The notes under the pieces are model-generated. The model saw nothing but the letters and a program-made list of their open reading frames with translations, was not told the origin of the DNA and did no database searches. From the NCBI RefSeq assembly GCF_009834535.1, contig NC_045697.1, positions 61,010,001 to 61,074,000 of the forward strand: a DNA stretch of 64,000 bases. The letters run 5' to 3'. Positions 25,646 through 37,257 of this stretch are shown piece after piece. The first letter of the stretch is position 1, and every line of letters begins with the position of its first letter. The translations under genes and the position numbers were made by a program. Origin of the DNA: Camelus ferus. Taxonomy: Eukaryota.

Positions 25646-28010
25646 TCGTCTGAAAAATAAGGAGAGATTGTAGCATAGTGTTGACAAAAATGGGGCAGAT
25701 TGCCTTCTCCTTGCCATTCTGAAATTAATTATAGTGTCCTGTTTAGAAGACAACGTGTGACAAGTGCATAATTGCAAAGGACAGATATCAGCCAGAGGGC
25801 TGTATAAGACCAAAGTTCATTATCCACAACAGAACACATGTAAAGGGTCATCACCAGGTTGCCGACGTTGAGAAGAACCTACTGTTGCTTAGGCTGGACA
25901 TTCACAGGTCTACCAGCGCATGTGAGCCACTGTCCTCTCCACTGTCCCAGTAGGCCCAGGCTTCAAAAACCTTCGTAAATCCTACCATACAGCCATTTTC
26001 CAAGGTGAATCTTAGAGACAGGTGACCGTCTGGCCTGGCAACAGTATGAACATAATAGAATAATGACAGATGCTTTGGTAATGGTAAGAGTTAAAAGCTA
26101 CCAGTCAAAGCTACATTTTCAGTTCTAAATTGGATTGCTCTGATGAGGGTAGGGACTTTTCCTTTTTTAACCATTCTTTAATACTTAGAAGGTAGCATAA
26201 CACATATTAAATACTCAACACATATTTATTTAATAAAGAAATAAATGAATAATTTTTCCTTGTTGATTTTATTTAGTTTCTAACTCTGTGGATGCTCTGC
26301 CTTATAGTGGGAGATAAGATGTTTCTAAAATATATTTACTTTGATTAAGATGATCTACAAACTAAAGTACACTTCAGTTTTCAAATTTTGATCTAAATTT
26401 ACATGCTTGTTCTGAGATTCAGTGTTTTTTCCCTAGCCAATAAAATAACGTTATTATTTAGGTTACCTATAACTACGTAAGATATGTCCCTAAAAGAATT
26501 ATTGAAAATACATTAATTAATTAAAATGATGCATATATTTTTTCAAGTAATACTTGAAAAGTCCTACTATCAGTTGTGGCAGCCAGTATGCCCTGAGCAC
26601 AGCAAGATATTGTAAATGAAATTGTATCAAACAGAATTCAAGTCCTTTCAAGCTGAGTTATTAAATGTAACCACTATAGACTGATAATACACAAAGAATT
26701 AGCACCAATAAGTGGGCAGTTAATAACATAAACTGAGGTGGAAGAACAAAAAGTGGACTGAGTCTGTAACTAAACATTCTATTCAGTGATGCTATGTAGA
26801 CATTATCAGATGCACTGTAAATGGTATTATTTTGCAAAAGAGAGAATGTTCTTGCTTTCTAGGTCCCAAATTTGCAACAAATTGGGGCTGTCTAGGTGAA
26901 GGGAAATACTAACTCAAGCCTTCAGCATCATAAGAATTAAAATTAACAGAGTTATGGGAGCTACACAGGAAAAAAGTTAAATTCTTGATTTTGTGATCTT
27001 TGTTTATTTCCTACATCTCCATTTAGCTTATATTTACAATTGCCTAGGCCTTTAGCTACTAATTCTGCTTTTATGTTTTATTGTTTTGTAGATTTAATTC
27101 ATACATCTGATTAAAGGTTATATGTTTAATTTTTGTCTTTTTTAGTGCATCATTAGTGTGAATCCCTGTTTTAGCTTAATCATGTGTGTTGTCATCAAGT
27201 TACAAGCTCATATTGTGTTAACAAATATAAATATGGTGGTTTTATTAAATAAATATTTATTTGACATGTCTTTTTTCCCCAGTTTGTGGTCATCTTTCCT
27301 GTGAACCAGATAGTTTTGATTCGTATCAAGCAGATGATGTGTCTCAATCACTACTTCCTGCCTTGTGTCATAAGAAAGTTTCAGGTCTCCATACTTGAAT
27401 TTATCAGTCTTTTCATGGAAGACATGGTAAAACAAATTTGGGGGTCTGAGCCATTTATTGACTACACTGCTACCTGTAATTTATCAGTTTACTTGGTTCT
27501 ATCTGCCAGAGATATATGGCTCAGGAGATAGCACCATAAAGGAAACAATTATTAAGAAGATAAATGGCCTGAGAGAGAAATTCAAGTCTCTGGAGTGTGG
27601 GACAGAGAGCAGATAGTTATTTTGGTCAAAGCTTTCATTTGCATCTGTATGTCCAAGCAGTGTTGGAACCCCAGAAATAATGTTCCTTAACTCATAGCTT
27701 TACCTACCTCTCAACTTCATTCTTGTTCTCTTAGTCATGACTTCAAAGAAGTGCTCCTGGCCTCAAACTGGGATTACTTTTACTAGGAAAATTATAATAT
27801 ATTTTGAATTAAAATAAGCAGCATTCATTGAGCATGAGCTTTATCTAAAAACTATCTAAGTCTCTTATGGCATTTCCTGATAAAAGATTTAATGGCAGAA
27901 AATGATGGCAGAATATGTAAATACTACATAGATAAAAAGCTAAATCTGATAGACCTACATAAATCAATCTACTGTCAAGAAAAAAATAGGCAAAACAAAA
28001 AAAAAATGAA

Positions 28011-28537
28011 AGAAGGAGCAGAAATTACACCCCCAAATATGTCTTTTTGGCATAAGAATTATTTTTAGGCTGATGATTATTTTTAAGAAACAGTAGACAC
28101 AGAAGAAGCTCTGCAAACAGGGTAGAAGTGACCCTTTGGTAAGGAATATTTACATTTGTAAGAGAATCTCCATTTGTAAAGGTGTGTCTTCCTCTTTGTA
28201 CCAGGAGGAGGAGGAAGACAAAATCTCTAGAAACTTTCACCAAAGAAGAAGGTACAGATTTAAATCTGTATAACAATCATACCTTGTTTACTATGTTTTT
28301 CCTGGTAACCTCCTACAGTAACTGACCTTCAGCTACTTTGATATCTTTCTTTGTCTTCAGCTTGAGATGGTATTTAAGGTAGTGACTTGTGCCATTTCTG
28401 GGAGTTACTCAGTTTTCCTGAGCATCCCCCAGGTGTATGTGTTATTAAGCTTCTGTTTTTCTCCTGCTAACTTATTACAGGGTCGCCTCAGCCAAGAACC
28501 TGGAAGGGTAGAGGGAAAGTTATTTTTATCCCCTACA
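28011..28537 (+). mobile_element. ERV1 solo LTR, MER34/MER39-like
   Basis: 'acacccccaaatatgtctttttggcataag' near start; 3' end 'gaagggtagagggaaagttatttttatcccctaca'. Confidence 0.8.
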
Positions 28538-28562
28538 GAAGGAAAGGAAGGATGGAAGGAAG

Positions 28563-29020
28563 TATCAACTAAAAATAATGCACAACATCAGAACAGTGAC
28601 TTTCAGTTTTATTTGGGGACCTAACTGAGACTATAGTCTGGAAGACAGCCTGTCAGAAAGCGCTGAGGAACTGCTCCAAACAGATAGGGGAGGAACCTAT
28701 ATATATACAAATTTTTTGGCTGGGAAATATATGTAGTCAGGCATGAAAAGATTACTGCAAATCACAAAGAAGAGATATTTTGAGTTAATGATTTTTGTGC
28801 TTTGCTATGTATGGGAAGATGCCAAGAATCTGGGGGTCACTGAAATTCTTCCTTAGATACGCATCTTAACTATCTAGGGGCCCCAAAGCACAGAATGCTT
28901 CCTCCCGTTTTTCTTCCATCCGGAATTCCTCTTACAGTACACTTCATGGGGTGATTGCAGTGAGTTGTAACCCTTTGTATAAATGAATGATGAACAATGT
29001 TCTTTGTTCTTTTTGTGTAT
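28563..29020 (-). mobile_element. ERV1 solo LTR, ungulate MER41-like
   Basis: 'tcaactaaaaataatgcacaac...agttttatttgggg...gctgaggaactgctccaaa...ctatgtatgggaagatgc'. Confidence 0.75.
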
Positions 29021-29095
29021 GGAAAGAAGGAGGGAAGGAAGGAGAGAAGGAGGAGGGAGAGAGGGAGTAAGAGAGGGAGGGGAAGGAACAGAAGA
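29021..29095. repeat. GA-rich low-complexity tract
   Basis: (GGAA/GGAG)n; continues the tract at 28538-28562. Confidence 0.85.
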
Positions 29096-29129
29096 GTGAT
29101 AGCCTCACATGAATGAGAAAGATTTTTAC

Positions 29130-29760
29130 ATTATGAGTGACTTACTCCATAAAAAATGAAATGGCAAAAGATTATGCAATATCTGGATAATAGTCCTAAA
29201 GGAGATTCAAGAGAACATTACCTCTGTTAAATATGAGAAACAGACAGGGATAATGGAGATAATAATAATAATAGACCTGACAACCATTAGAGAATACAAG
29301 GATGAAAAACTAAGTACCCACCTACATAAATACATAAACAAACAGCAATTAAGTGCACCCTGGGAGAAATAAAATTAGATTTGTTCTGCAGAAAGTAAAT
29401 TGTGAGTAAGAAGCCAGCATTGAAAAATATATTTCCAAACCAGAGGATGTAAAGTATATCAAGGAGATCAGTAGGTTGCATCTCAGAGATTCATCTATAA
29501 ATTATAGTTATTCCAAAAGTAGAAAACAAGTATGTCAGAAGAAATGCTGCAGTATAAACATAAGTAAAAACTTTTGAGCTGAAAAAGAAACTGGACTTGG
29601 AAACCATATGCTCTCACACTTTTAAAACCAGAGTTAAATGAAGCCAGATATAACCTGATCATTGGAAATATTCTTTGAGCATTCAGCATATTCAAAGATG
29701 ATAAAAACTTCCACATGTAGCTAAGCTGAAAAAAAATCCCAAGTCACATATTCCATCAAG
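29130..29760 (+). mobile_element. Very old L1 ORF1-region remnant
   Basis: A-rich degenerate sequence resembling L1 ORF1 ('aaggagatcagt...atccagaaa'-type), no open frame. Confidence 0.4.
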
Positions 29761-29859
29761 ATTTACTGACCATCTTCTACACCCCAGACTCTGGAGAGAC
29801 CAGTAGGGCGGCAGCCATGGTCCCTCCTCTTACAGGCTTTCAAGGGAGCTAAGAGAGCA

Positions 29860-30050
29860 GCACAGTAATTGCCAATGTTGACTGAGCACCTCCTCTGGGC
29901 CAGCACTGCTCTGTACGCTTTAGGTATTTAGTCCTCATTATCTGTTTTACAAATGATGAGGCTGAAGTGCAGAGATGTTAAGAGAGTTGCCAATGTCACG
30001 GAATTTTTAAGATGAGGAGTTGGGATTTGAGCAGATTGTCTAGTTCCACC
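29860..30050 (-). mobile_element. MIR SINE
   Basis: 'actgagcacc...gttttacaaatgatgaggctgaagtgcagagatgttaag'. Confidence 0.8.
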
Positions 30051-30229
30051 TTCCTGATTTTTTTTTTTTTTTATACACCTTAGGAGGGAAAGGATTTTTA
30101 AATTGAGGCCAGCAAATATAGAGTAGATGACTAGGCAGATTTAGGGGAAGGCAGCAGGTGTTTTCTAAGTAGAGAAAATAACTTATTTCAGACTCTGAAG
30201 TAGGAGGAAGTTGAGTTTGGGGGAATGTG

Positions 30230-30890
30230 GAAGAAGACCCTTCTGGTGAATCTTAAAAGTGTTAAGTGGCAGAATTCAGTGGGATAAATGTTGCTTTGAC
30301 CACTACATTTTAGTGTACTCATCAGCTCCACACTCCAGGCCAATGCCTTAAATATCAGCATGCCCCAGAATTCTTTTCTAATTTCTCTTTTCTTTATACT
30401 CATTTTTCCTTGAAGACTTTAAACACTGTCATGATTAAACTATGGTACAGATTGAAATTACCTCAAAAATATCCCTCATTATCCTATTATACTAAAAGCT
30501 CTCGCACTCTCACTCTCTCTTTCTCTCTCCCCCCCCCCAACACCCTCCACCTCCTTTCTCTTAAACACAAGTCTGATTGGTCCAACTCACTCCTGGCCAT
30601 TTTCATTTTGGCCATTTTCATTTCATAGCATCTCATCATACCCTAGACTGAAATTATCCCCACCCAAATTTGATTTGCCTCTGGTATTCTTATCATGTAA
30701 GTGAACAGCTCAGGCTATCCAAATCCCTAAGAAGTAAGTCTAAAAGTCAACCTTGATTACTCTTCATGATTTACCATGATCTTACATCATAAATCATCAA
30801 ATTCTGTAGCATCTACCTCCTAGACAGTTACCAAATACATGCAGCATTCCCATAACCACTGCCAAAGACTAACATTTTAACATTCATTAT
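30230..30890 (+). mobile_element. L2 fragment (resumes after the L1 and LTR, to ~33100)
   Basis: 'gcatctca...tagactgaa...agtcaaccttgatt...aaatcatcaaattctgtagcatctacctcc'. Confidence 0.6.
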
Positions 30891-30903
30891 TACTCATGTG
30901 GAC

Positions 30904-32203
30904 TTTTTTATTGAAGTATAGTCAGTTTAAAATGTTGTGCCAAGTTCTGCTATACAGCATAATAGTTCAGTCTGACTTATACATACATATGTTCATTTTC
31001 ATATTCTTTTTCATTATAGGTTACTACAAGATATTGAATATAGTTCCCTGTGCCATACAGTATAAACTTGTTTATTTATTTTATTCATTGTAGATAGTAT
31101 CTGCAAATCTAAAACTCTCAATTTATCATTTCCCACCCCCTTCCTCCTCTAGTAGCCATAAGTTTGTTTTCTGTGTCTGTGAGTCTGTTTCTGTTTTGTA
31201 AATAAGTTCTTTTGTCTTTTTTTAGATTCCACATATAAGTGATATCATATGGTATTTTTCTTTCTCTTTCTGGCTTACTTCACTTAGAAAGACAATCTCC
31301 AGGTACATCCATGTTGCTGCAAATAGCATTATTTTATTTTTTATGGCTGAGTAGTATTCCATTGTATAAATATACCACAACTTCTTTATCCAGTCATCTG
31401 TCCATGAACATATGGGTTGTTCCCATGTCTTGGCTATTGTAAATAGTGCTGCGTTGAACATTGTTGTGCACATATCTTTTGAATTAAAGTTCCCTCTGGA
31501 TATCTGCCCATGAGTGTGATTGCTGGATCATATGGTAAGTTTACTTTTAGTTTTTTGAGGAATCTCCATACTGTTTTCCATAATGGCTGCACTAAGCTAC
31601 ATTCCCACCAACAGTGTAGGAGGGTTCCCTTTTTTCCACACCCTCTCCAGCATTTATTGTGGAGTTTTTAATGATGTCCATTCTGACTCGTGTGAGGAGA
31701 TTCCAGTTTTGATTTGCAATTTTCTGATAATTAGTGATATTGAACATTTTTTCATGTCCCTGTTAGCCATTTGTAAGTCTTCATTGGAGAATTGCTTGTT
31801 TAGGTCTTCTGCCCATGTTTGGATTGGGTTTGTTTTTTTTTTATTATTAAGCTGTTTATATATTCTAGAAATTAAGCCTTTGTCAGTCTCATCTTTTGCA
31901 AATATTTTTTTCCTTTTCTGTAGGTTGTCTTTTTGTTTTTCTTATGGTTTCCTTTGCTGTGCAAAAGCTTTATAAGTTTAATTAGGTCCCATTTGTTTAT
32001 TTTTACTTTTATTTCTTTTACCTTGGTAGACTGCCCTAAGAGAACATTGCTAAGATTTATATCAGAGAATGTTTTGCCTATGTTTTCTTCTAAGGAGTTT
32101 ATAGTGTCTTGTCTTATGTTTAAGTCTTTAAGTCATTTTGAGTTTATTTTTGTGTATGGTGTGAGGGAGTGTTCTAATTTCATTGATTTACATGCAGCTG
32201 CCC
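30904..32203 (-). mobile_element. Young 5'-truncated L1 (ORF2 C-terminus + 3' UTR), disrupted
   Basis: ORF 31222-31473(-) MF.AALFTIAKTW.QP...AATW..LE is L1 ORF2 C-terminus; exact 10-bp TSD tactcatgtg at 30891-30900 and 32204-32213. Confidence 0.95.
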
Positions 32204-32272
32204 TACTCATGTGTATTACTTTTAGGGAAAACTCCACACTATTCAGATTCTAAATGATCACTTCCTTCCTTT

Positions 32273-32907
32273 TGTCAGAGGTGGAGCTGAGCTGTAAATT
32301 CCTGAGATGCCAGGTGTTGGGTGTTGAACTAACCAATGAAAACAAACAAACAAAAAATGAAGGTAACAACTAAGCCTTTAGTGACTTCCTGCAATAGTAG
32401 AAAGGAGAGGCTAAGCCAGAGAAAGCGTTGATTCCCCCACTGCTTCATTTCCATCCCCGCCCCGGGGATGGCACCAGCAGAAGGGCAGGAAGATCTACAC
32501 AGATCCCTACTAAGGGAGCCTGGAACAAAAGGCTCCTGTAGTTTTATGGACCTGTGGGCTGGGAGAGGGGAAGGGGGAAGGGCTAGATGTGAAAAAGTAC
32601 TGAGTTCTGAGTCAGAGAAGAGTGTTTTCAAACTTTCTCTTCCTTTCATCAGATAAAGGCCCCAGGTGGGCTTCTGCTCAGGCTAGAAATGTTGAAATGC
32701 CTAAGAGTTTGGCTCGTCGGTGGGTCTGTGCCCTTGACTGCAACTCTTTTTGGAGAAGACAGTGAACTAGCTGCGCACAGATCTAGTGTGTGGAGGGCAG
32801 CTTTTCCCTGTGAGACCTGTCAGTTATGTCCTTTTTTATATGCCTTTGGTTGGGTCTGAAAAATCACACATAGGCGTATGCATTTTAGCCAGGCACCAGA
32901 CTCCTCA
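32273..32907 (-). mobile_element. Solo LTR, ERVL class (MER54/MER74/MER88-like; family uncertain)
   Basis: TG...CA termini with perfect 5-bp TSD ccttt (32268-32272, 32908-32912); GC-richer than flanks. Confidence 0.8.
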
Positions 32908-34779
32908 CCTTTCCTATTCACTTCTCACTGCAGTCTTCCTTGTACGATAGACACCTGCAATTACCTGCACTTTATGCTCTCTATTTATTCTGCTGCTTCA
33001 GCCTTCCTCACTCCCTTAACTGTTTTTGGCATATTTATCCCCTCATAGTTCAAATCACACTTTAGATAGCAACCTCTCCAGGGATCTTCCCCAACTTGCT
33101 CATTAGATTTCCTCTTGCATTTGGAGCTAGGTCAGTCATCATGGTTCCTAACCCTGGGTGCACATCAAAAATTTCTTGTGATTATTGGTGTCCTAGAACT
33201 AATGTTAAGTTAAATATTCTTTCCAGTTTAGTGCTTTCTAAATTTTCTTCAGTATTTACCTATGCCTTGAAAACAAACCACATTTTTTGAAAGTAGTATA
33301 TAATTTCTCCATATAAGGACTTCTGTAAGAAAGAGATATTTTTCTGTCCTTGGCTGAATAGATCTGTGACACAGGATTCATTTCAGAGCAATTATAATCA
33401 TTAGAAAATTGATTCTCATAATGAACTGAAATCTACTATACTTTCAACTCTTAGGACTTGCTCAACTTTTTGATATTGAATCCTCTTCTGTGTTGGTTTT
33501 TTATAATGGATATTCAGTTATTTGCAAACAGATACCAGTACACCTAATAAGTATTCTCTCCTCCTTCTATAGCTCTTTTTCAGTGTGAATGGTTTTTAGA
33601 TATTTTCCCACTCTGAATATCATTCTTTGATGGGCTCCTATCTCTAAATATCCCTATAAAATGTAATCTTGTGAGTGAACAAAATAAAACTGGTGTAATC
33701 TTAGTTTAATACACTAGAGCTATATTAAATCCTCATTTCTGTTACTCCTCATTCTTATCTGGATTTAGTACATAGTCCTATAAGTTACATTTCAAATATC
33801 CGGAAAAACACATATATTTCAATACCTTCTTTCCCTTTAACAATACAGATAAGTGAACTATTAAAATATGTGTGCATATTTGAAGATATAAACTAAAAGT
33901 TTTCCTTTATCATTTTCAGCAAAATAGGCACATCTTTTCTATTTACATTTCTCTACTAATATTTACTCTCTATCTCGGATATAACTTTGTGGTATTATCA
34001 GTAAAGCATATCCTGTGTGGAGCATTCATTGGCATTTATTTGTGCCAGGCTCTGCCAAATTGAACCCAGCCAGAGGAAAAGAAAGACATATTCCAGGAGC
34101 GCAGAGTTGTATGTTATACAAGTGTCAAAGGATGCTAATACAATCCCAATGTGTGTAGTTATGCCGTTAACCATCTCTAATAAAAATCATGTTTTAATAA
34201 ATATTTTAAATTGATCTTTTAAAAATTTATTCTGAAAGACTATTTCTAATTTTATGATGGAATTCATTGGGAAACTGAATTTGCTTTATAGAAATTCTGT
34301 TAAATATATTTTGATGGTATCCAATAAAAGAAATCAATACTATATGTTTATGTATAACTATATATATATTTCTTCAATGCTATTCAGTCTACCTCTAGTC
34401 TATGAAATAGAAATCATGTGAAAATCAATTTGGTCATTTCCAAGTAAGATTTAATAATCTGGCATGTCAAAAATATTTTACTAAATCCAGCTATAATTCA
34501 TCTGTAACAAAATTACAAGTGACTATTGAAGTCTCTTAGCTTTCAGAGGATTTGTACGATCATTTGCATTTAAGGAGAAACAATGCGCCTCCATTGATAG
34601 TGACATTTAAAAGCTATGTATTTACTCTAAAGCAAGGATATGTAGCTAATTCAAAAAGTAATTTAAATCATATTTTTGAGAAATGAGTTTTTGGACTATT
34701 GCTTATGCAAAGAAATAATTAAAGAAAGGAGAGACACCTTTTAACCATGGCTCTGTTCCAAAGGTCTCTGGATTGGAGG

Positions 34780-35000
34780 TCAGACTTTCCAACATGGTAA
34801 GGATGGAAGGTCCTGGAGACAGACTGACTGGATGCAGAGCTTGCTTTATCTCTTACTAGATCTGTTGTCTTTTCTCATATTGACAATTAAAATAATAATT
34901 GTACCTATCCAAGAAGTTTATTGAGAAGATAAAAAATATATATCACATTTAAAACACCTAGTGCAATGCTTGGCACACAGGAGTTACTCAATAAATGAAA
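34780..35000 (+). mobile_element. MIR SINE
   Basis: 'ctggagacagactgactggatg...aataataattgtaccta...tgcttggcacacaggagttactcaataaatg'. Confidence 0.8.
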
Positions 35001-35921
35001 TCTTTATTAGCTTTGTAAGGTTGCAAAGACAAAAAAAGCCTCTGTCCCTTTTCTTACTAAAATGAAATGTTAGCATTTTATCATAATCAATTTGAAAATA
35101 TTTTTAAACAGTGGGACTATAAGATTTAAAAGTGCACCTTTTTTGAATGAACTTCCTAATACAGTGCCTGTCACATAGAAGGCATTACATAATTTTTTTA
35201 ATGATTAAACAAAGGGCTGGATGTTCTGGAGCTCGAAGCATGTAAACTCCTCATACTCTCCACCTGGGGTTTCCCGAGGCACCCTCTGGGACATCATGTT
35301 CTAGAATACCATTAGAATAATTGCACCTGATAGTCCTTCAGTTTAGATCTCTTATATTAGGAGGAGTTACAGCAGGACTGGTAAAGGGCTAGATTGTGGA
35401 ATCCAGTTATTAGAGAGATGCATTTCAGGTGGTGGGAGACAGCCTCGTAAACACAAGAAGCACTTTTGGTACCATGTCCCAACATGAGTATTTGAGGTGC
35501 CTTGATCTTAGCAAAGAGGTGAATCATAGGAATTCATTGTGGTGAATTCCAAAGCAGCACTTATTCACTGATGTGGGAAGGAGTGTCACGGCATTTACCA
35601 GAGGACAGCAGAACCACAGACACAATTGTGTTCTGGGAAAAAAGCATTAAAGACCAGACAGGGACAGAGCCCTAAAGAAATGGGATCTCAGATGGGTTAC
35701 TGACACAGGGACTTGAGTATAAGGAAGCAGTAAAACATTTACCATAATAAATTAGAGATGGCATTTCAGGGAAAAAGACAGAAACCATGTTTGAAGAAAT
35801 GGGCCACATGAAGAAGGTTGCCTTGCAATCAAGTATAACATGATTCAGGGTATTAACATATCAGACAGCAGCTTTTAAAATCCCTCTGCCTAAAGTTAAA
35901 TTCCATCTTAAGAAGGGAGTA

Positions 35922-36523
35922 GATCCAGTTCTGTGAAAAGTGCCATTGGTAACTTGAAAGGGATTGAACTGAATCTATATATTGCCATGGGTAATATAGC
36001 CATTTTAACAACATTGATTTTTCCAGTCCAAGAACACGGTATATCTTTCCATTTGTTTGTTTTATCTTCAATTTCTTTCATCAGTGTCTTATAGTTTTTG
36101 GAGTACAGGTCTTTTGCCTCCTTAGGTAAGTTTATTCCTGGGTATTTTATTCTTTTTGATGCAATGGTAAATGGGATTGTTTCCTTAATTTCTCTTTCTG
36201 ATATTTCACTGTTAGTGTATGGAAATGCATTGGATTTCTGTATATTAATTTTGTATCCTGCAACTTTACTGAATTCATTGTAGAGCTCTAGTAGTTTTCT
36301 GGTAGCGTCTTTAGGATTTTCTATGTATAGTATCACATCACTCACAAACAGTGACGGTTTTACTTCTTCCTTTCCAGTTTGGATCCCTTTTATTTCCTTT
36401 TCTCCTCTGATTACTGTGACTAGGACTTCTAAAACTATGTTGAATAAAAGTGGAGAGAGTGGGCATCCTTGCCTTGTTCCTTATCTTAGAAGAAATGCTT
36501 TCAGCTTTTCACCATTGAGTATG
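35922..36523 (-). mobile_element. Inverted 5' segment of an L1: ORF2 reverse transcriptase domain, dead
   Basis: Translates to ...[17 protein letters not shown]...[33 protein letters not shown]...[12 protein letters not shown] motif reads FVSD; in-frame stop upstream. Confidence 0.95.
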
Positions 36524-36528
36524 GTTTC

Positions 36529-37257
36529 AATGTAGATTGGTGCAGCCACTATGGAGAACAGTGTGGAGGTTCCTTAAAAAACTGAAAATAGAGTTACCAT
36601 ATGATCCAGCAATCCCACTCCTGGGTATATATCCGGAGAAAACTCCAATTTAAAAACATACATGCACCCCAATGTTCATAGCAACACTATTTGCAATAGC
36701 CAAGACATGTCCATTGACAGATAAGTGGATAAAGATGTGGTATATATATAATGGAATATTTCTCAGTCATAAAAAGAATGAAATAATGCCATTTGCAGCA
36801 ACATGGATGGACCTAGAGTTTATCATATTAAGTGAGGTAAATCAGACAAAGACAAATATCATATGATATCACTTGTATGTGGAATCTAAAAAATGATACA
36901 AATGAACTTATTTACAAACCAGAAGTAGACTCAGACATAGGAGACAAAGTATGATTTCCAAAGGGCAAAGGGGTGGGGGTGAAGTGATAAATCAGGAGTT
37001 TGGAATTAACATATACACACTACTATATAAAATAGATAAACAGCAAGGACATACTATAGAGCACAGGGAACTATATTCAATATTTTGTAATAACCCATAA
37101 TGGAGAAGAATCTGAAAAAGAATATATATATATGTGTGTGTGTGTGCATATATATATATATATAACTGAATCACTTTGCTATATACATGAAACTAACATA
37201 ACATTGAAAATCAACTGTTCTTCAATAACAATAAATTGATTAATTAATTAAAAAAGA
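36529..37257 (+). mobile_element. 3' segment of the same L1 (ORF2 end, 3' UTR, A-rich tail)
   Basis: 'ttggtgcagccactatggagaacagt', MFIATLFAIAKT, 3' UTR with (TA)n(TG)n; degenerate TSD aagaagggagt / aagaagtggagc. Confidence 0.95.

Noticed and set aside
29798..29818. CTCF-like ccagtagggcggcag
   Set aside because: Needs a gap to fit the core consensus.
30594..30623. 15-bp perfect tandem duplication (similar ones near 10203, 37522, 61500)
   Set aside because: Ordinary slippage microduplications; no spacer structure, so not CRISPR-like.
35908..36345. 145-aa RT-like ORF as a novel or domesticated reverse transcriptase
   Set aside because: Ordinary L1 ORF2 fragment with the catalytic motif mutated, truncated and inverted.
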